This document shows, piece after piece, positions 13,145-26,222 of a stretch of DNA of 64,000 bases. The position numbers and the translations under genes are program-made. This DNA is from Amoebophrya sp. A120 (taxonomy: Eukaryota; Protista; Dinoflagellata). Under the pieces are notes generated by a model. The model was not told where the DNA came from. It worked only from the letters and a program-made list of their open reading frames with translations, and searched no databases. Each line of letters opens with the position of its first letter. The stretch's first letter is position 1. The stretch covers positions 736,564-800,563 of the forward strand of contig CAJINV010000005.1 in NCBI GenBank assembly GCA_905178155.1, in the 5' to 3' direction.

Positions 13145-15629
13145 CTACAATTCCTTTCGACTGCTTCTCCTCTTCCCGTACATAATGTCCTCCATGGCCG
13201 CAATGTCCGTCACGTTCAGTGGCGGCAGATCCTTGACCGCCACTGCCTCCTTCACGTGCTGCGGGTCCTTGCATCCCGTCAGCGGCTGCCCGCCGCAGCT
13301 GTCTGGATCGAAAGGAAAAAATCCCCCGTAACCCCTCCTACCGAATAGTGGGAAATAATTCGTGCTGCCGACGTGTAGTAGTCGTGTGCGTGTACTACAG
13401 TACAAATCAGATCTGTATTGCTGCAAGGCACTTCAGTACTTGGTTGGTGCTAGTTCGCCTGTGCAGCCGCGAAACGACTAGCTATTTGTTCTTTTGACAG
13501 ACAGGTGCTCTGCTATCTCCCGAAAAGAAACGGGCTGCGACGAAAAGCGGCCCTCGCCGGTCCTTTATCGTTTATGAAAATAGAATGACGCGTGCGCTTC
13601 TCAAGGTTTATGAAAATAGAAAACATCTTCATGACAATGACTTAGACTTTCTTGCGTACACAGAACTAAAATCCGGCATCACAAATTTCCTTTCCGATGA
13701 GGGGTGGGGGCACTTTGCCTCGCAGTAGTCCAGGATGTATCGGTAAATGATCTGTGCGGGGGTCGCCTGCAGCCGCTGAGCGAGGCTCTGGACGGGTGGG
13801 GAGCCCATCAGGCCAGGGTTGGCGGTCAGAGTCCAGAAGGATTGGTACCTGATTCCAAAAAATGGATTTCGATTTGGTTTCATTCTTCAACAAGCTCGGA
13901 GTTCCGTTCGTTGCAATGTGCAGTCGAAGATCTAGATGAAAAACGATACACCAAAACGACATGCTCGTGTTGAGAAGCATCAATCACAATCTCATCAAAC
14001 GTAACCGAGAATTCTTGGGGAACAATTGATTGATTTGCAATAACAGAAAAATTGCGAACTAGTCGTAGTACCGTATCCCGTGTTCCTGGCAAAAGCTGCG
14101 TAACTCCCGGTCAAAACCGGTGTCGCTATAAAAGCGGTTCTGCAGCACGATGGGCTTGTGCTTGGCCTCCTTGAAGAGGTACTGGAAAAAATCCAGATCG
14201 TAGATGTTCGAAGCGCCGAGAAAACGCAGCTTTGTCCTGTGTAAAAAGCGATAAGCAGTACCCATACTAAGTACCAAATACATAGTCAAATAAATTGGAA
14301 ATTTCTATGATATTTCATCCCTATTTATACAAGTCAGCATGTTGTAGATGTTCTTGCGCATGTTGACAAGGTCGGGTCCGTAGTGTAGTAGCATGAGAAG
14401 TTTCGTCCGGGAGATTAGAGCACAACCAATATTCGTACACAAGTCGTGGAAATAATGCGTGCCCCCTCGTCCTCTCATGGTGCCCTTACGTATCAGAAAC
14501 ACACTCCGCTACTGCTTGCTTCTGAACATGCAAATTTGCATGACAAATCTGGCGGAGATGTGAGCACTACTACGTTTCTACACAGGATAACCTTGCCCTC
14601 GTCGACCGCGGTTTCCATCGCTCGCCACGCTGTCATGGTCAAATCCGCTCTCCCTTTCACCGGGCCGTGTAGCACGAGCGAGTCGATCACTTCGATGCCG
14701 AGGTTCTTCCGGCTCACCTCTACCGACTGCGCCACCTGCTCGTCCAGCGGCGCATTTTTGTCGTAGGGGATCCGGTTTTTGTCCTGTCCGTCCAAACTGG
14801 TAAACTTCGTCTGAATCCACACGTCCTCCCGAGAACAGAGCTTTTCCTCGAATACCTCGCGCAGAGCCTTCCCGAAAATATCATGTGAAATTCTGATACC
14901 CATACTCTACGCGGGCTGTTACCGACACTAAGACTCGCATGGGCCGCAGGAATATCTTCTGAAAGGAAGTGGAACGCATCTCCTCTGCCGAGACAGAAAA
15001 GATTTCCGGTCGTGTTTATTGTGCTGTGGAATCCTTTCTACAAATGCTGTAAGTACACAGTAACAGGGTATAAAAACAGGTGGCCGCTTCGCGACGCGCC
15101 CGTGGTCCTTCTCCTTCCTACGCAACAATGCCCTGCGGAAAGAAATAACTCGTCATGCGTGCTGCCTCCCCATCATTCAAACTTTTGGGTTTGTGTTGTC
15201 GAGTTCCGAACTGGAGTATGGGTATCGGCTGATTTTGCTCAGAATAGACTAGATGTTCTTGGTAGTGCTTCGGCTGGCAGGCTGTGTCTACCGCCCGGAA
15301 CCCGGCCTTGTATCCCACGAAAAAAGTGTTACAGTTACACATTTGTTGTCAATTCAGCAACACAAATTTCTCTGCATGAGGGAGAAAACTTGCAATGCAG
15401 AAATCCAAAGGGAATAAAACACCTATGAAACGAAGCTCCTATGCATATCCGGCATGACAGCGCTGGTCTCTCTTGCTTGGCCTGCAACACAATGTGCAAC
15501 TGTAACACTTTTTTCCCAGCATAACTTGAAGGCTTTCTTCACTAAGTCCGTAGTTCTATCCTCTTTCCACGCGGTTCCGTACAGCATCGCAATCTCGCGA
15601 AAAGGGATTTTGCACACACCGGGGATCAT
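13145..15629 (-). CDS. Aldo-keto reductase family protein
   Basis: LYGTAWK, GFRAVDTA, REDVWIQTKF, IDSLVLHGP, GK|VRFLGASN, VLQNRF and TPAQIIYRY motifs; four introners and one GT-AG intron. Confidence 0.92.
13306..13727. mobile_element. Strongly decayed TIR introner (B/D-like)
   Basis: TSD gtctg/gtcca; residual gaaaaaatccccc and gggggcactttg ends; in-frame LD|SCGGQPLTG. Confidence 0.55.
14233..14589. mobile_element. Decayed TIR introner (family I)
   Basis: t(g/a)tcctgtgta TIR; TSD agctt/acctt; restores GKVRFLGASN. Confidence 0.8.
14879..15246. mobile_element. Decayed TIR introner
   Basis: Inverted gatacccatactc; TSD gaaaa/gacta; restores EHLV|GKAL. Confidence 0.75.
15311..15523. mobile_element. 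TIR introner family F
   Basis: Inverted aaaaaagtgttacagtt; TSD ccttg/acttg; restores AFK(A/S)GFR. Confidence 0.88.
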
Positions 15630-16439
15630 GTTGTTTCGAAAGTTTCCTATGCAACTAATACTGAGCTTAGTAAGCGAAAGAGAAAGTAGCGATAAATGAA
15701 GTGAACATAAGGTCGACTTAGGAACCCTAAATTGAAGGCGATATCGATGATGAAAAGTGTTTCTTCTACTTGGTTGCGCCAGGAGCTTCTTCTGTTGTTG
15801 CTCTCGCGCGATTACACATAATTAGAAGCACTCACCTCGTTTCATCTTTTCTTAGCAGTAAAAATGTGCTCTCCTATAAATCTTCACAGAGAGCAAGGTG
15901 AGGATCATATCTTGTGAAGGGTTAGTCACTGCAGAACAAGCGGGCAACAGGCGTGCTGCTGTACCACAATCGAGCTGCAGAAAATGATGTACGATGATCA
16001 TGTGACCACGGAAGGGACAAAAGTGCGCACTATTACTTTATACCGATCATTTTGAACTTTTTACAGAGTCGGACTTTCATCTGCATCACGACCGACCCCT
16101 AGCGACGCGTTCACCGTGGGACCTCTTCTATCGTGTGAACACAAGAAGAATCGCTGACGGCAAGCAACCAATCAACGCGCGCTTTTGGACTTCTTTTGCC
16201 AGCGGCACTAGCAGCTGGATCTAGGTAATTCAGCCAGGTTTTATTACGGCTTACAGTTGCTTTTTTGTCGCCTGAGCAAGGGTGATATTTCGGGTAGTCG
16301 CTGATGAAATCTTCTGGACAGAAGAAGTTCTTGTGGGTCGAAAAAGTTCTTTGCCGTGACAAGGCAGTAGGAAGTAAGATGATTGAAGAAACGAAACTTC
16401 TACACCCCTACATATAACATTCGGCTACCATACCTTTCA

Positions 16440-17864
16440 TCACACCAACTTGGCCTTCACAAACTCTTTCAAGTTTTGCTCCGATGGCGTCACTGTCATC
16501 CTCGTTCTGTTGGTCCCGTGTTCCAGCCAAAATGCCGGCAATGTCGTCACCTCGTACTCGGACGTGATCTCCTCCAATTCGTCCACGTCGATGACTACAA
16601 ACGCCGCGGTGCTGTGCGCAGCAGCCAGCTGCGCGAAGACCGGCTTCAGTTTCTGGCAGGGTTTGCACCAGCTCGCGGTGAAGTCGAGGACCATCGGTCG
16701 CTGTTCTGCTTTCTTCCGCAAAGCTTCGAACTGCTCCTCCGACTTGCAGTAGGTATCAAATGCAAACATGTAGTTTCGGTCTGGAGGGAAGTTGTCATGC
16801 TGACCATGATTCGCGGAATATGGTGTTGATGATCAGCAGGTACTATAAATATATAAACTCTCGGGTTACAATTTGATGCTCGCAAACATGACAAAGTATT
16901 CTACTTCTAGGGGCTCTTTTTTTTCCGCGCGAGCGGTCGCGGCACTTCAGCAACTATACAGGCACCTCGCGATGTTCATCTTGAACCTGTTGCCGTTGCG
17001 ACGTCGTGTGTGCATGAGAAACTTCACAGCCGTCTTGTCCGACAAAAATCTGCAATGCAAAAAATCGTTCAACCAATCTACTTCAAAAGACAAAAATCTG
17101 CATAAGTAATTGTAAATCTTGCAATCTTCCAGTTCCAGACTGAGATCATATTTGCGATGCCTAGTAGACCACCTCACCAGCTACCCAGTTGTCTTCCTCG
17201 TCCGACACGCCGGAGGCCGTGCTAGCCGCGGAGGAGTTTGGCTGCTTGTTTTTGTTCAACCCTGCAAGTTCCACACCGTCCGCCGATCCTTTCATGCTGC
17301 AGGTCGAAACCCCGGAGGCGGGGCAACACGTCGAAGTAGTAGAAGACTGTTGCTTTTTGCCTCCTCCGCAAGCGGCACTCGGCATGCCGTAGAAGAGGAA
17401 CTTCCGCACACTGGTGGGCAGTAGGTCGAGCACCGGCTTCACCCAGGGGTAGCATTTCGTGTCCCAGAAGGATATCCTGAGTAAAAACGTACCCACGCCA
17501 GAGTTGTAATGCAGATTTGCAAAGAGAGGAAGACTTGTAATGCGCATCCCCATGAGAGCCATTTCCAGTCGTGTTTTGGAATTTGTGATGCTGTGAACAG
17601 GATGAGCAGATGAATCTGTGATGCGGCTGCACTTGCTAACCTGCACTACACTGCATAGTGCAATTTGTCATGCGTGACTCACAAAACTCCTAGGTTTGTG
17701 TTGCAAAATCCCCATCCTGACTCTGGTGTGGGTGCGTTTTCACTCAGGATACAGGACTTCAGATCCTTTTTTCGCTCCTCCGGAATGTAGTTCCACAACG
17801 GCTTCAGAACGAGAAAAATCACCGGCCAGATCGGGCAGCAAACCGGACCGAGGCAGATGATCAT
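16440..17864 (-). CDS. Thioredoxin with Cys-rich hydrophobic N-terminal extension
   Basis: VLDFTASWCKPC active site; joined in frame to MIICLGPVCCPIWPVIFLVL... through two introners. Confidence 0.85.
16754..17163. mobile_element. Decayed TIR introner (A-like)
   Basis: TSD gtagg/gtaga; in-frame EVVY|CKSEE. Confidence 0.7.
17473..17751. mobile_element. TIR introner family I
   Basis: TIR tatcctgagtaaaaacgtacccacgccagag; TSD aagga/cagga. Confidence 0.9.
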
Positions 17865-19503
17865 TTTTCAATTTCCGGATTGATACACGTCGATCGAATA
17901 GCCGATCTTTACTAGTACTGGTGTGTACTTATTTATTACTCACGACCTGTGGACGTCGCAAGAGGTGGTCGGTGCTATGCAAATTTGTATAGCATGCTTT
18001 TTTCAACACCGTTTACTTCTAAGGCAGGGAGGTGTATCTGTCGTATTGGGAAAAAAACTGAAGTCTACTTGGGTTTGGTTCGATTGGCACGAGGTCCTGC
18101 GAAAGGAATCGTCGAACAGAGGTAAAACAATTGACACGAAACAGGACCTAAATACAGCAGTAATGCATGATGAATCCGAGACCTTCCCAAAATTATTTAA
18201 CTCACTCTTCGGAATCGGATAGGAAATCATCTTTGCTCCATACAAGACGAGAGGATCATTCATGCCTGTGAATTTCTTTTCGTACGATCGACGTTGATTT
18301 GTTCAAGGGTGGAAATGCGACGGAAATCAAAGTTGTCTGCGTTACGAGTATGAAAAATCCTTCATGACAAGCATTAATTTGTGCTGTCAAACGTGTTTCA
18401 AAAGTTGTTCTTTACGGTTTTGCGAACCATGGAACACAATGGATTCTCCAAGCAGAAGGGAAACCGCACACCTGGCACGCTCTTCGCGGCTTTCTTTTTT
18501 GACCACATCAAGACCTTGTGAGTTCAATAACCGAGCATCTGTCAATAGACTCGCACTAGCGAAACATCCGAGCGTGAAGGAGGTTTTTGCGCCACAACGA
18601 ACTCAGAAGATTCCACCAGTTCAACTTCGATAATAGACGTAAATGTAATGCTAGCCGGTCTAATATGTCATGTCCGAGTTTTTTCATCCAAACTAGCGTC
18701 ATACAGTCTCACATGGCGGTCGTTTTTTTTTCTTGCTCTTGCTTAACTCGTGGACTACAAAATTTCGCTCGCAGCATACTTATTCAAATAGTACAACCAT
18801 CACAGTCCTCAACAATACCACGGTAGCGAAGAAAGTTGTGCGCAAGAGGACTATATATTTGGAGCGATGATCTTTCAATCCCGCACGAGTTTAGTAAATT
18901 TTAGTCGCTTGCATGTAGTACGTTTATATTTTGTGTGCCTGCGGCTTTTATCTCAAGGTGCTTAGAGCGCCTCCTCCTCTCCCGTGTTGTGAAAATTGCT
19001 GACGAGCGGACCCTTGTTGCAGCAACAACCGGGGACGCAAGCGCAGAAAAGAACGCTTCATTCGCGGGAGACGAGAGAAGGCGATCTGTTAAAACGTGCT
19101 GCATCTAGCCACGGCATACATCATAAAGAGAATTTTACTTGTAAAATCTATATCTATTTTTTCCTTCTATTTCCGGTAGTTCGATAGCTGAGATCGAGTT
19201 CCTACCCGAGGGATCGCACTTGTTGGCCCCAAATGAATCTACCCTCGTCTCACTTGTACGAATAAAATGGTAGTACTGTGTAGCCATGCGCAAAAAAATT
19301 ATATACTTACAAAGGTCCAGCATGTGTATTTTTCAAAAGAACAACAATACAGCATGGTACTTGAAGTATGACCTCTCAACAGGTCGTTGCAAAAAAAGGC
19401 ATCATGATCATATTCTGTACTATCTTCCTTTGGTGCTCTTCCGCCTAATACCACGTAAACCTCGGGCTCTTGTTCCACGATGGAGGAACGACCTTCGGTT
19501 CTC

Positions 19504-21049
19504 TTAGTTCGAGTAAGCCCCGGTGACTAACTTGTTTGCGAAGTCCTGCGCACTGGAGGGGGGGCATCCTAAGTAAAAACGTACCCACCCGAGAGTCAAG
19601 ATGCAGATGTGAAGTGTGCTAGAGAAGTCGAGAAGTTTGCTGGACTCCGCATGACCAGCTTGGCGCATGTGTAGACGAGGAGGAGCTCAGGCGTTGTTAT
19701 AGAGCCACATGACAAATCCACGCAGGACACTATCCTGGTTGGAGCATGACAAATTTCCCAATAGGACTACAAAACGCGAAACGCCTCCCATGGGAACCCG
19801 CATGAGAGATGTGTGTCCTGGACACGACATGGAAAAACGTATGACAAATATGGGGAGGTGGGTACGTTTTTACACAGCATAGCGGGTTAGCCTTCATCAG
19901 CTTCATGTTCGAACCCGTCTTCTTGTATGCATTGCAAATATCGATGTTGGTCATCTGGACGGGTGATGCGAGATCTGAAGGAAAACCAGATCTGTAAAAA
20001 TGTAGGAAAAGGAATACGATTGGCGGCCTTACTTTTTTGTCGTCCTGGAAGGCAGTTTGTCATGCGTTTGATACTAACAGTACGAATGACTCCGCTACAA
20101 GCCTGAACAACTACTTACTTACTCACTTGTGGTGCTAGTCTGCGTTCTTGCGGGTAGCACCAATACAATTTTCCAGACCACGAAAACATATTTGCAATGC
20201 GTATCTTCGCCAACTCGCCGACATCCCCTCCACACTGGTTGTACAGATCAACCATGGCTTTCACAGCGGCCGGGTCAGCGGCGCCCTGATAATTATTTGA
20301 AAAGTGTAAGTGCGAGCAAGAATTATACCTGCAGGCTGCGAACCCAAACATCATCCATGATGATTTTCTATCAGGTGGTGAAAGTTTTGCTTTTGGATTC
20401 TGACAGAAGCCCTGCGCTTCTAAACATGATACTGATAGTAGCTACATCTAGTACCCGTCCATTGCATCGAAGATCCTATGTAAGTATATGTTTCAACTTT
20501 CGCTAATATTGGTTACTGTTCAACACCTAGTAGAAGTACCGACTAGACTAAATTGCCATCTAGAAGTAGTACGCACTAGACTATACCACATGCCAGTCAA
20601 TAAATCGCAACATTTTTACCGATCCCTGCTTCGTCTTGACGCCCCAGAGCTGTCCCTTGGCGTTGGCCAGCGTGTTGGGATCCTTCATATCGCCCTCGAG
20701 TATGGAAGTCTCAAACGTTGCATGAACCGCTGTTACACGCTTCTTGCGTGACGCCATCGTGATCATTTGTCATTGTCACGCAACACCTGGACTTGTATGG
20801 CGCTCCGCATGAAGATCGCGCTGCTTGTGCACGTGACAAGTCTGCGCCGCGCTGCACGGCATGCAGATCCGTGCCAGAGTTGCAATGCAAAAGGCGAAAA
20901 ACCATGCCACCTCTTTCTGTTTCCATAAATTCCTGCATGATCTTCACAACAAGTAGAAGTATGTTGTAATTCATGTACTTAACAGATGTCCACGCAACGC
21001 CTGAGAAGGCCATATCGATGAGGCGCTTCTTGCAGCACATGTTTCCCAT
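19504..21049 (-). CDS. Small (~95 aa) protein with predicted N-myristoylation/palmitoylation (MGNMCC)
   Basis: Rebuilt MGNMCCKKRLIEGDMKDPNTLANAKGQLWGVKTKQGS|GAADPAAVKAMVDLYNQCGGDVGELAKKTGSNMKLMKANPPSSAQDFANKLVTGAYSN* through three introners and one GT-AG intron. Confidence 0.7.
19565..19881. mobile_element. TIR introner family I
   Basis: Inverted gtaaaaacgtacccacc; TSD ggggg/gcggg. Confidence 0.8.
19926..20203. mobile_element. Decayed TIR introner (A-like)
   Basis: ta(t/c)gcattgcaaatat TIR; TSD tcttg/tcttc. Confidence 0.8.
20701..21014. mobile_element. Decayed TIR introner (G-like)
   Basis: tatgg...ccata ends; TSD tcgag/tcgat; in-frame RLI|EGD. Confidence 0.75.
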
Positions 21050-22240
21050 CTTGAAAAGCTTTTTGGGTGGGTCTAGCTAGTCACAGCTCTTTTGGTACCA
21101 GACCGGCCGTGGTTCTTGTTGCACAAAAAGTTTTGTCCGATTACAGGAGCAAAACTTGTACGGTGCGAGTGAGTGAGCGGTTTGAAAGTTCTTTACTTGT
21201 GGGTTTGAATTTGATCAATGAACCCGACTGAGTTATGATCAGACGATTGGGGTCTCCTTATCCTGTTCTGATCGTCAAGCGGGAGGTCATGTATCAAATT
21301 TTCAAATTGGTACCCTAAATTTGTGGTACGGACACGACGACCACTTATTCATATTCTTAATCTTACGCTACGTCAACATATAAAAATTTTGTGTCCAGTT
21401 GTTGAGAGCGATCGAGCATGCAGACAAGCACAACACCGAAGCCATCTTCCTTTCATCGCGACCGACGTCGTCGAGTCAGTGTATTTTTTGGCACAGCTTT
21501 GTTTTCGCCGCGCTAGCACTGCACGAATTTTTATTTTACCGATTACTATACCTTTGCGAAACAAACCGACTTTTCAATTTGAGTTTTGCGCGAGTTTTTG
21601 ATTTATCCGAAGACTGACGTCGCAGCTCAGGGCAAACCGAAATGGGATCATGACACAAACTGTTCCACAGGAAACGAAGCGACACCGATGCATGTCCCCT
21701 TAGCCACCAGGAAACTGAATCCAGAGCAGAAGATGTAGAAGATGCTCGGGAATTGTAACACGGCCCAGGCGAGTCGGACCGGCCGAAAAAAAAAAGCACT
21801 GCACGTGGGGCTACGAAACACAGCTCGACGTTTGTCAATCAGAAGTGTTGCCAATTGCATTGAGCCTGGTTATCTGTATGCGCATGCTGGTGTAAAAAAC
21901 AAATCGAGTAGCTCGCATTTTTCGTCTTTTGATTCGCGACGAATGATTCGAATGAGGGGGCAATACTGGTTTGTTAAATTGCAGAAGAAGCCATGTTTGA
22001 ATGAGGAAACAGCAAAACTGTTTCGAATTTTGATACCTCAGAGCAGTCTTGCATCAGTGTGAGTGTCAACATCAGAGCTGAATACTTTACACGAGTTCGA
22101 TTTCGATCAGTTGCGCATATAAATGCTTTTTCTTATTTGGTTTCAGTGTTGCAGCTGCACACAAATTCATGCCGAAGAGAAAAACGACTACCGACGTGGA
22201 TGTAGCGGTCCACCGAGTCTTCGACGTCCCCTCGGAGTTC

Positions 22241-23338
22241 CTACGCTCCTCCCTGCGCCGAAGCAGCTTCTGCAAGCCCCTGCTCGAAGGCGAATTGCAA
22301 GACGTCCTGGTGCCCGGAAATCGCTCGGCCCAGCAACCGGCGCAAGACGTCCTCGGTAATGGTGACGGATTCAATCTCTAGTTCATCGGCGTTGCCCACT
22401 CCGAACTTCCGCAGGATTTCCAAGGCTTTCAGCGAGGTGCTTTCGCACAGTGTCAGGTCGTTGGCAACCAGAAACTTCGTCAGTGAGTGGAAAACTTTGG
22501 GCACCGCGGCACCACTGTACGGCTTGATCATGACTTGGGCATTGTGATTCACATTCGAATAGAACAGCAGAGCTGGGAACACCTCCTCGGATGGCAGCTG
22601 CCCCGTGAACGAAGCAGTTTCCCACTGCCCCGAACTGAAGAAGTCGAACTCCAGCTGCTTCCTACCATTGCCATTGCTTTTGCCATACCGCATACGCACG
22701 ACCCGGCTTGCTGCGCCAGGAAACGTTTGTCCATTTTGCAAGTGGAACGGCGTGCCATTGTCGCCATTTTTGCTGTGTAAGTACAAACCGCCAGGTGTCA
22801 AGTACAGGAAGAAGCCCTGGGAAAATGGTGATCCTCCATTTTGCACCAAAGTTCCAACATCCGCGCTGTCCGATGGAAAAAAGCCCATCATCACGTTGTA
22901 ACTTTGCCAGTACTGGTAGTCCATAGAGAGCTCGAACTGATCCACTTTACTGAAGGCGACCCCCTGCCAGCTCCCGGGCACTTGACCAACAGTGCATTTG
23001 AACTCTTCACCGTTTACTACCGACCGCTGACTCACATACCGCGAGTTCCCAACAACGGCCAATTCTGTCGCGAGCCACGTCTGCGACTTTCCTTCCGCAA
23101 TAGCTTGCAAATCCAGCGGCTTTACGGCGGTATCCTGCTCCTTCTTGCCAAGAAACAGTGGCGCCCGGACCCTGTTCACCGAGCTTTGTAAATTTCCGAA
23201 GACCCCACAACCGGCGGAACTCAGCCCGACCAGCGACCCGAGGGGCGCTTTCAAGGTGCCCGTGAGGAAGTCCGCGAAGTCGCTGCCCGACTCCACGAAC
23301 ATCACCTTGCCGTCCTTTTTGAGAATTTCCACTTGCAT
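22241..23338 (-). CDS. DUF674-like protein with inserted SPRY/concanavalin-like domain; intronless
   Basis: N-terminal KVMFVESGSDFADFLTGTLKAPLGSLV...GNLQSSV and C-terminal FLVANDLTL...ELEIESVTI resemble DUF674; beta-rich middle ends in VFPALLF. Confidence 0.6.
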   Translation of the reverse strand: MQVEILKKDGKVMFVESGSDFADFLTGTLKAPLGSLVGLSSAGCGVFGNLQSSVNRVRAPLFLGKKEQDTAVKPLDLQAIAEGKSQTWLATELAVVGNSRYVSQRSVVNGEEFKCTVGQVPGSWQGVAFSKVDQFELSMDYQYWQSYNVMMGFFPSDSADVGTLVQNGGSPFSQGFFLYLTPGGLYLHSKNGDNGTPFHLQNGQTFPGAASRVVRMRYGKSNGNGRKQLEFDFFSSGQWETASFTGQLPSEEVFPALLFYSNVNHNAQVMIKPYSGAAVPKVFHSLTKFLVANDLTLCESTSLKALEILRKFGVGNADELEIESVTITEDVLRRLLGRAISGHQDVLQFAFEQGLAEAASAQGGA

Positions 23339-24008
23339 TTTGATTTTTCGTCTTCGACTGTTTGTTCTTGTTGCAACGAAAGAAAATGGGTGAAAATCAA
23401 TCCTGGTTGACAGCTGAAGTAAAATCAAACCTCCTGTCGTGTAGTACGCGACCTGAAAACTACTTTCTTGGTTTTGGAGGATACTCAAATCGATATGAAG
23501 GCTTACACTGATAGACCAGAGGCCGCAAGAGCGAAGCACACTCCTGCTATGATGGTACTATCTCAGAAGCAATATTGAACGCTGCTCCCTCGTCGAGAAG
23601 ATCCAAACAGATCCTCTTGGCCAGACAATTGTCAGCTTCTTGTGCTTACCGCACCATTCCACCAAATTGATGATTCTCGGCTAAACTATGGCGCGCATGA
23701 TCGTAGGTGAGTGGATTATAAATGCACCCGGAATCGAATCTCAGTATGCCACTGAGCGTTCTTCGGTGCCACGACCTGCCTCTAGTCATCATCGGCGAAC
23801 AGCCGGAAATGGATCCAACTTTGCGCCCAACTTATAGAGTTAGAGAACACGCAAACTTTTCATAATTATTCTTTGCGTCATCGCACATCGACATCAACCA
23901 GAGCTTCTATACTGGTCGCCCGACCAAACAAATCAAGTAGAGACGCATTTCAAAAGCAAGTTCCTAGTATGCAGATATTAAAGCAGTAATTCCTTATTCT
24001 GCTAAAAA

Positions 24009-24443
24009 TCACGTCAAAGTGATCGGCTTTGGCGGTTGTTTGTACCTTTGCAAGGCTTTTTCCATGGCTAATTTACTCTCGTCCGACGGCTCGTCCAGTT
24101 TTTGCAACTGCTGGTAAAATTTCAACTTTAGCATCGTGTCATCCTTTTTTCCGGACACGATTTTTATCTCCTCCAGCGCTTTCACCAGTGCTTCCCGTAC
24201 CATGTAATCCAGCACCTCACTCTCCTTTTTCGCCTCCAGCGGATCTCTTGGCAAGGGCAGCCCACAGGTTTCGCAGTAAAAGGTCTGCCACACGTTCTGC
24301 GAAAACCGGTCGCTGGCGTCCGCCAGGACACCGGTCGGCGGGTACTGCTTCGGAAGAGTGGAGGTGGCGCAGTAGCAACTAGACAATTTTTGCGGCATCA
24401 CCTCCTGCAACGTGGGTGGGGCCCTAGTACTCATGTTGTCCAT
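24009..24443 (-). CDS. Hypothetical protein with CxC and CxxC motifs
   Basis: Coding-like ORF containing CYC and CETC. Confidence 0.55.
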   Translation of the reverse strand: MDNMSTRAPPTLQEVMPQKLSSCYCATSTLPKQYPPTGVLADASDRFSQNVWQTFYCETCGLPLPRDPLEAKKESEVLDYMVREALVKALEEIKIVSGKKDDTMLKLKFYQQLQKLDEPSDESKLAMEKALQRYKQPPKPITLT

Positions 24444-26222
24444 TGAAGACAGTTCCGACGGAGGTCCACGTGAGAAAATGACGTAGAAAGAATAAAGGCG
24501 GTGATGAAGGTCGGCGAAATAGAAAGAAGAAAATGTTGACACCCGCCGTCTACCTCTACGTATGAGATGGTTACTTATGGTACGAATATAAATGACGAGA
24601 TCTGTAAAAAATAAATAGAACAAGAACCAGGAGCTCAGCAAGGAGTTAGCATGCTGCTTTAAATAAAAGTCTATTAACTATTTTGAAAAAAAGGGGCGGC
24701 GGTGGCAGGAACCCGCTCGGGAAAGGGAACTGCAATAAAGGAGATGACGATCTGCATATACGTGAAGTGCGCAGAGAAACAAGGTGTACAGTTTGAATTT
24801 GAAAACTTAGTGTGAAAATAAATAGCTAAGAAACGAAACCGCATTCGTGTTCATTTCTACGAGTTCAAACTACAACAGGACGATTACTTATTTACTTTTT
24901 GTGACAAGAACGAGGAAAAATCTGAACAGATGCACGAGTTCTTAAAAAACGACCGATTGGCTGTTTGGCTTCTCGATACGACTATAGCGGCTGCAAGGAC
25001 AGACGGAGACGAGTGCAGTTGTACAAATATATCATGTTGTACCATCAACGTAAGGACAATTGGTACTGGACAGGTAGATGCAAACTGCTTGGCATGTAGG
25101 CACAAAAAAATCGAATGCGCATACGTTCCTGACACCAAATGTGCACGAGTGAGTTGCTCTCCATATTCCTCGCCAGTCGGTCTTCGTCTAGTCCTCTTGG
25201 GGGACGCATCATCTGAGAACCAAAAACGAAACCCGAGCGCAACTGGTTCTCATTGAAACGCATAACAACACAAGTGCTACGAAAACCTCTTCTGCGGTGC
25301 GATCACATACAGAGTCCACCTCCTTGCGGAGGGATACCTACCGTGAAATCTGCACGGTACACGACAGGGCGACCAAGAACAGCACAACAGGCTGTCTGAG
25401 ACGACAGGGTCATAGAAAGAGAATTAGAACCGACATCAAAAACTACTCGCGCGCGAACAAATTCGTTCCATTTATTCGGTCACACACTTAATTTGGGACT
25501 TTGAAACAACATTCTGGGGTCAAATTGTACAAGATAGATGAAAGAACGTCGAAAATTCAGATTGATTGTAGTCATCTTCGAAAATTCTTGTGTCAATCAT
25601 CTTCGAAAAGTTCTGAGCTCCAAGAAAAACAACTGCAACTGGTACTGCTTTTCGTTTTCGACCGACCTACTTTACAGACTATTTATTGCTGCAGTTCGCC
25701 CAGGAAGTGTCTTCAAGGGCTACAACCCCGAGATAGAGATTGATATTTTTGGGTGTTGTTGCTTCCGTGTAAAACTGCAAAGAAACGGATTAACTGAAAC
25801 TAAGCTTGAAACTCTCTTGGCTCGCACGTAGAAAAGAGTCATTATCTCTCTCCTACCGCACTCCACGCGGTTTTATGAATTAATTTTTACGAAGTTTTGT
25901 ATTTCAATATCTCGCGGTGCTTTCACCAGCAAAGCACTGCAGCTGGAAGCGATTCTATTGATTTTGATTTGTGAATTTTTTCTACGAAACGAAAACTGAA
26001 AGAACTAATCGAGTCATTCATTCGTTCACGCATTCTACGACTTTCTCATTCATTCGGCAATGCCAATGGGCGTGAATATCATAGTTGAAAGGATTGATTT
26101 TGATACCACGTACAACTCGTAGCGAGAGAACTAAGCGGTCCCCGCCTGGTCGTACGAGATAGTGATAAGTATTTTATTTTGATGCGTCAGTGGTGGAAGT
26201 ACTAGAAGTTGAATCCTTTTGA

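Noticed and set aside
13850-14070. AKR intron flanked by a ggtac direct repeat as an introner
   Set aside because: Fully explained as a canonical GT-AG intron; no TIR
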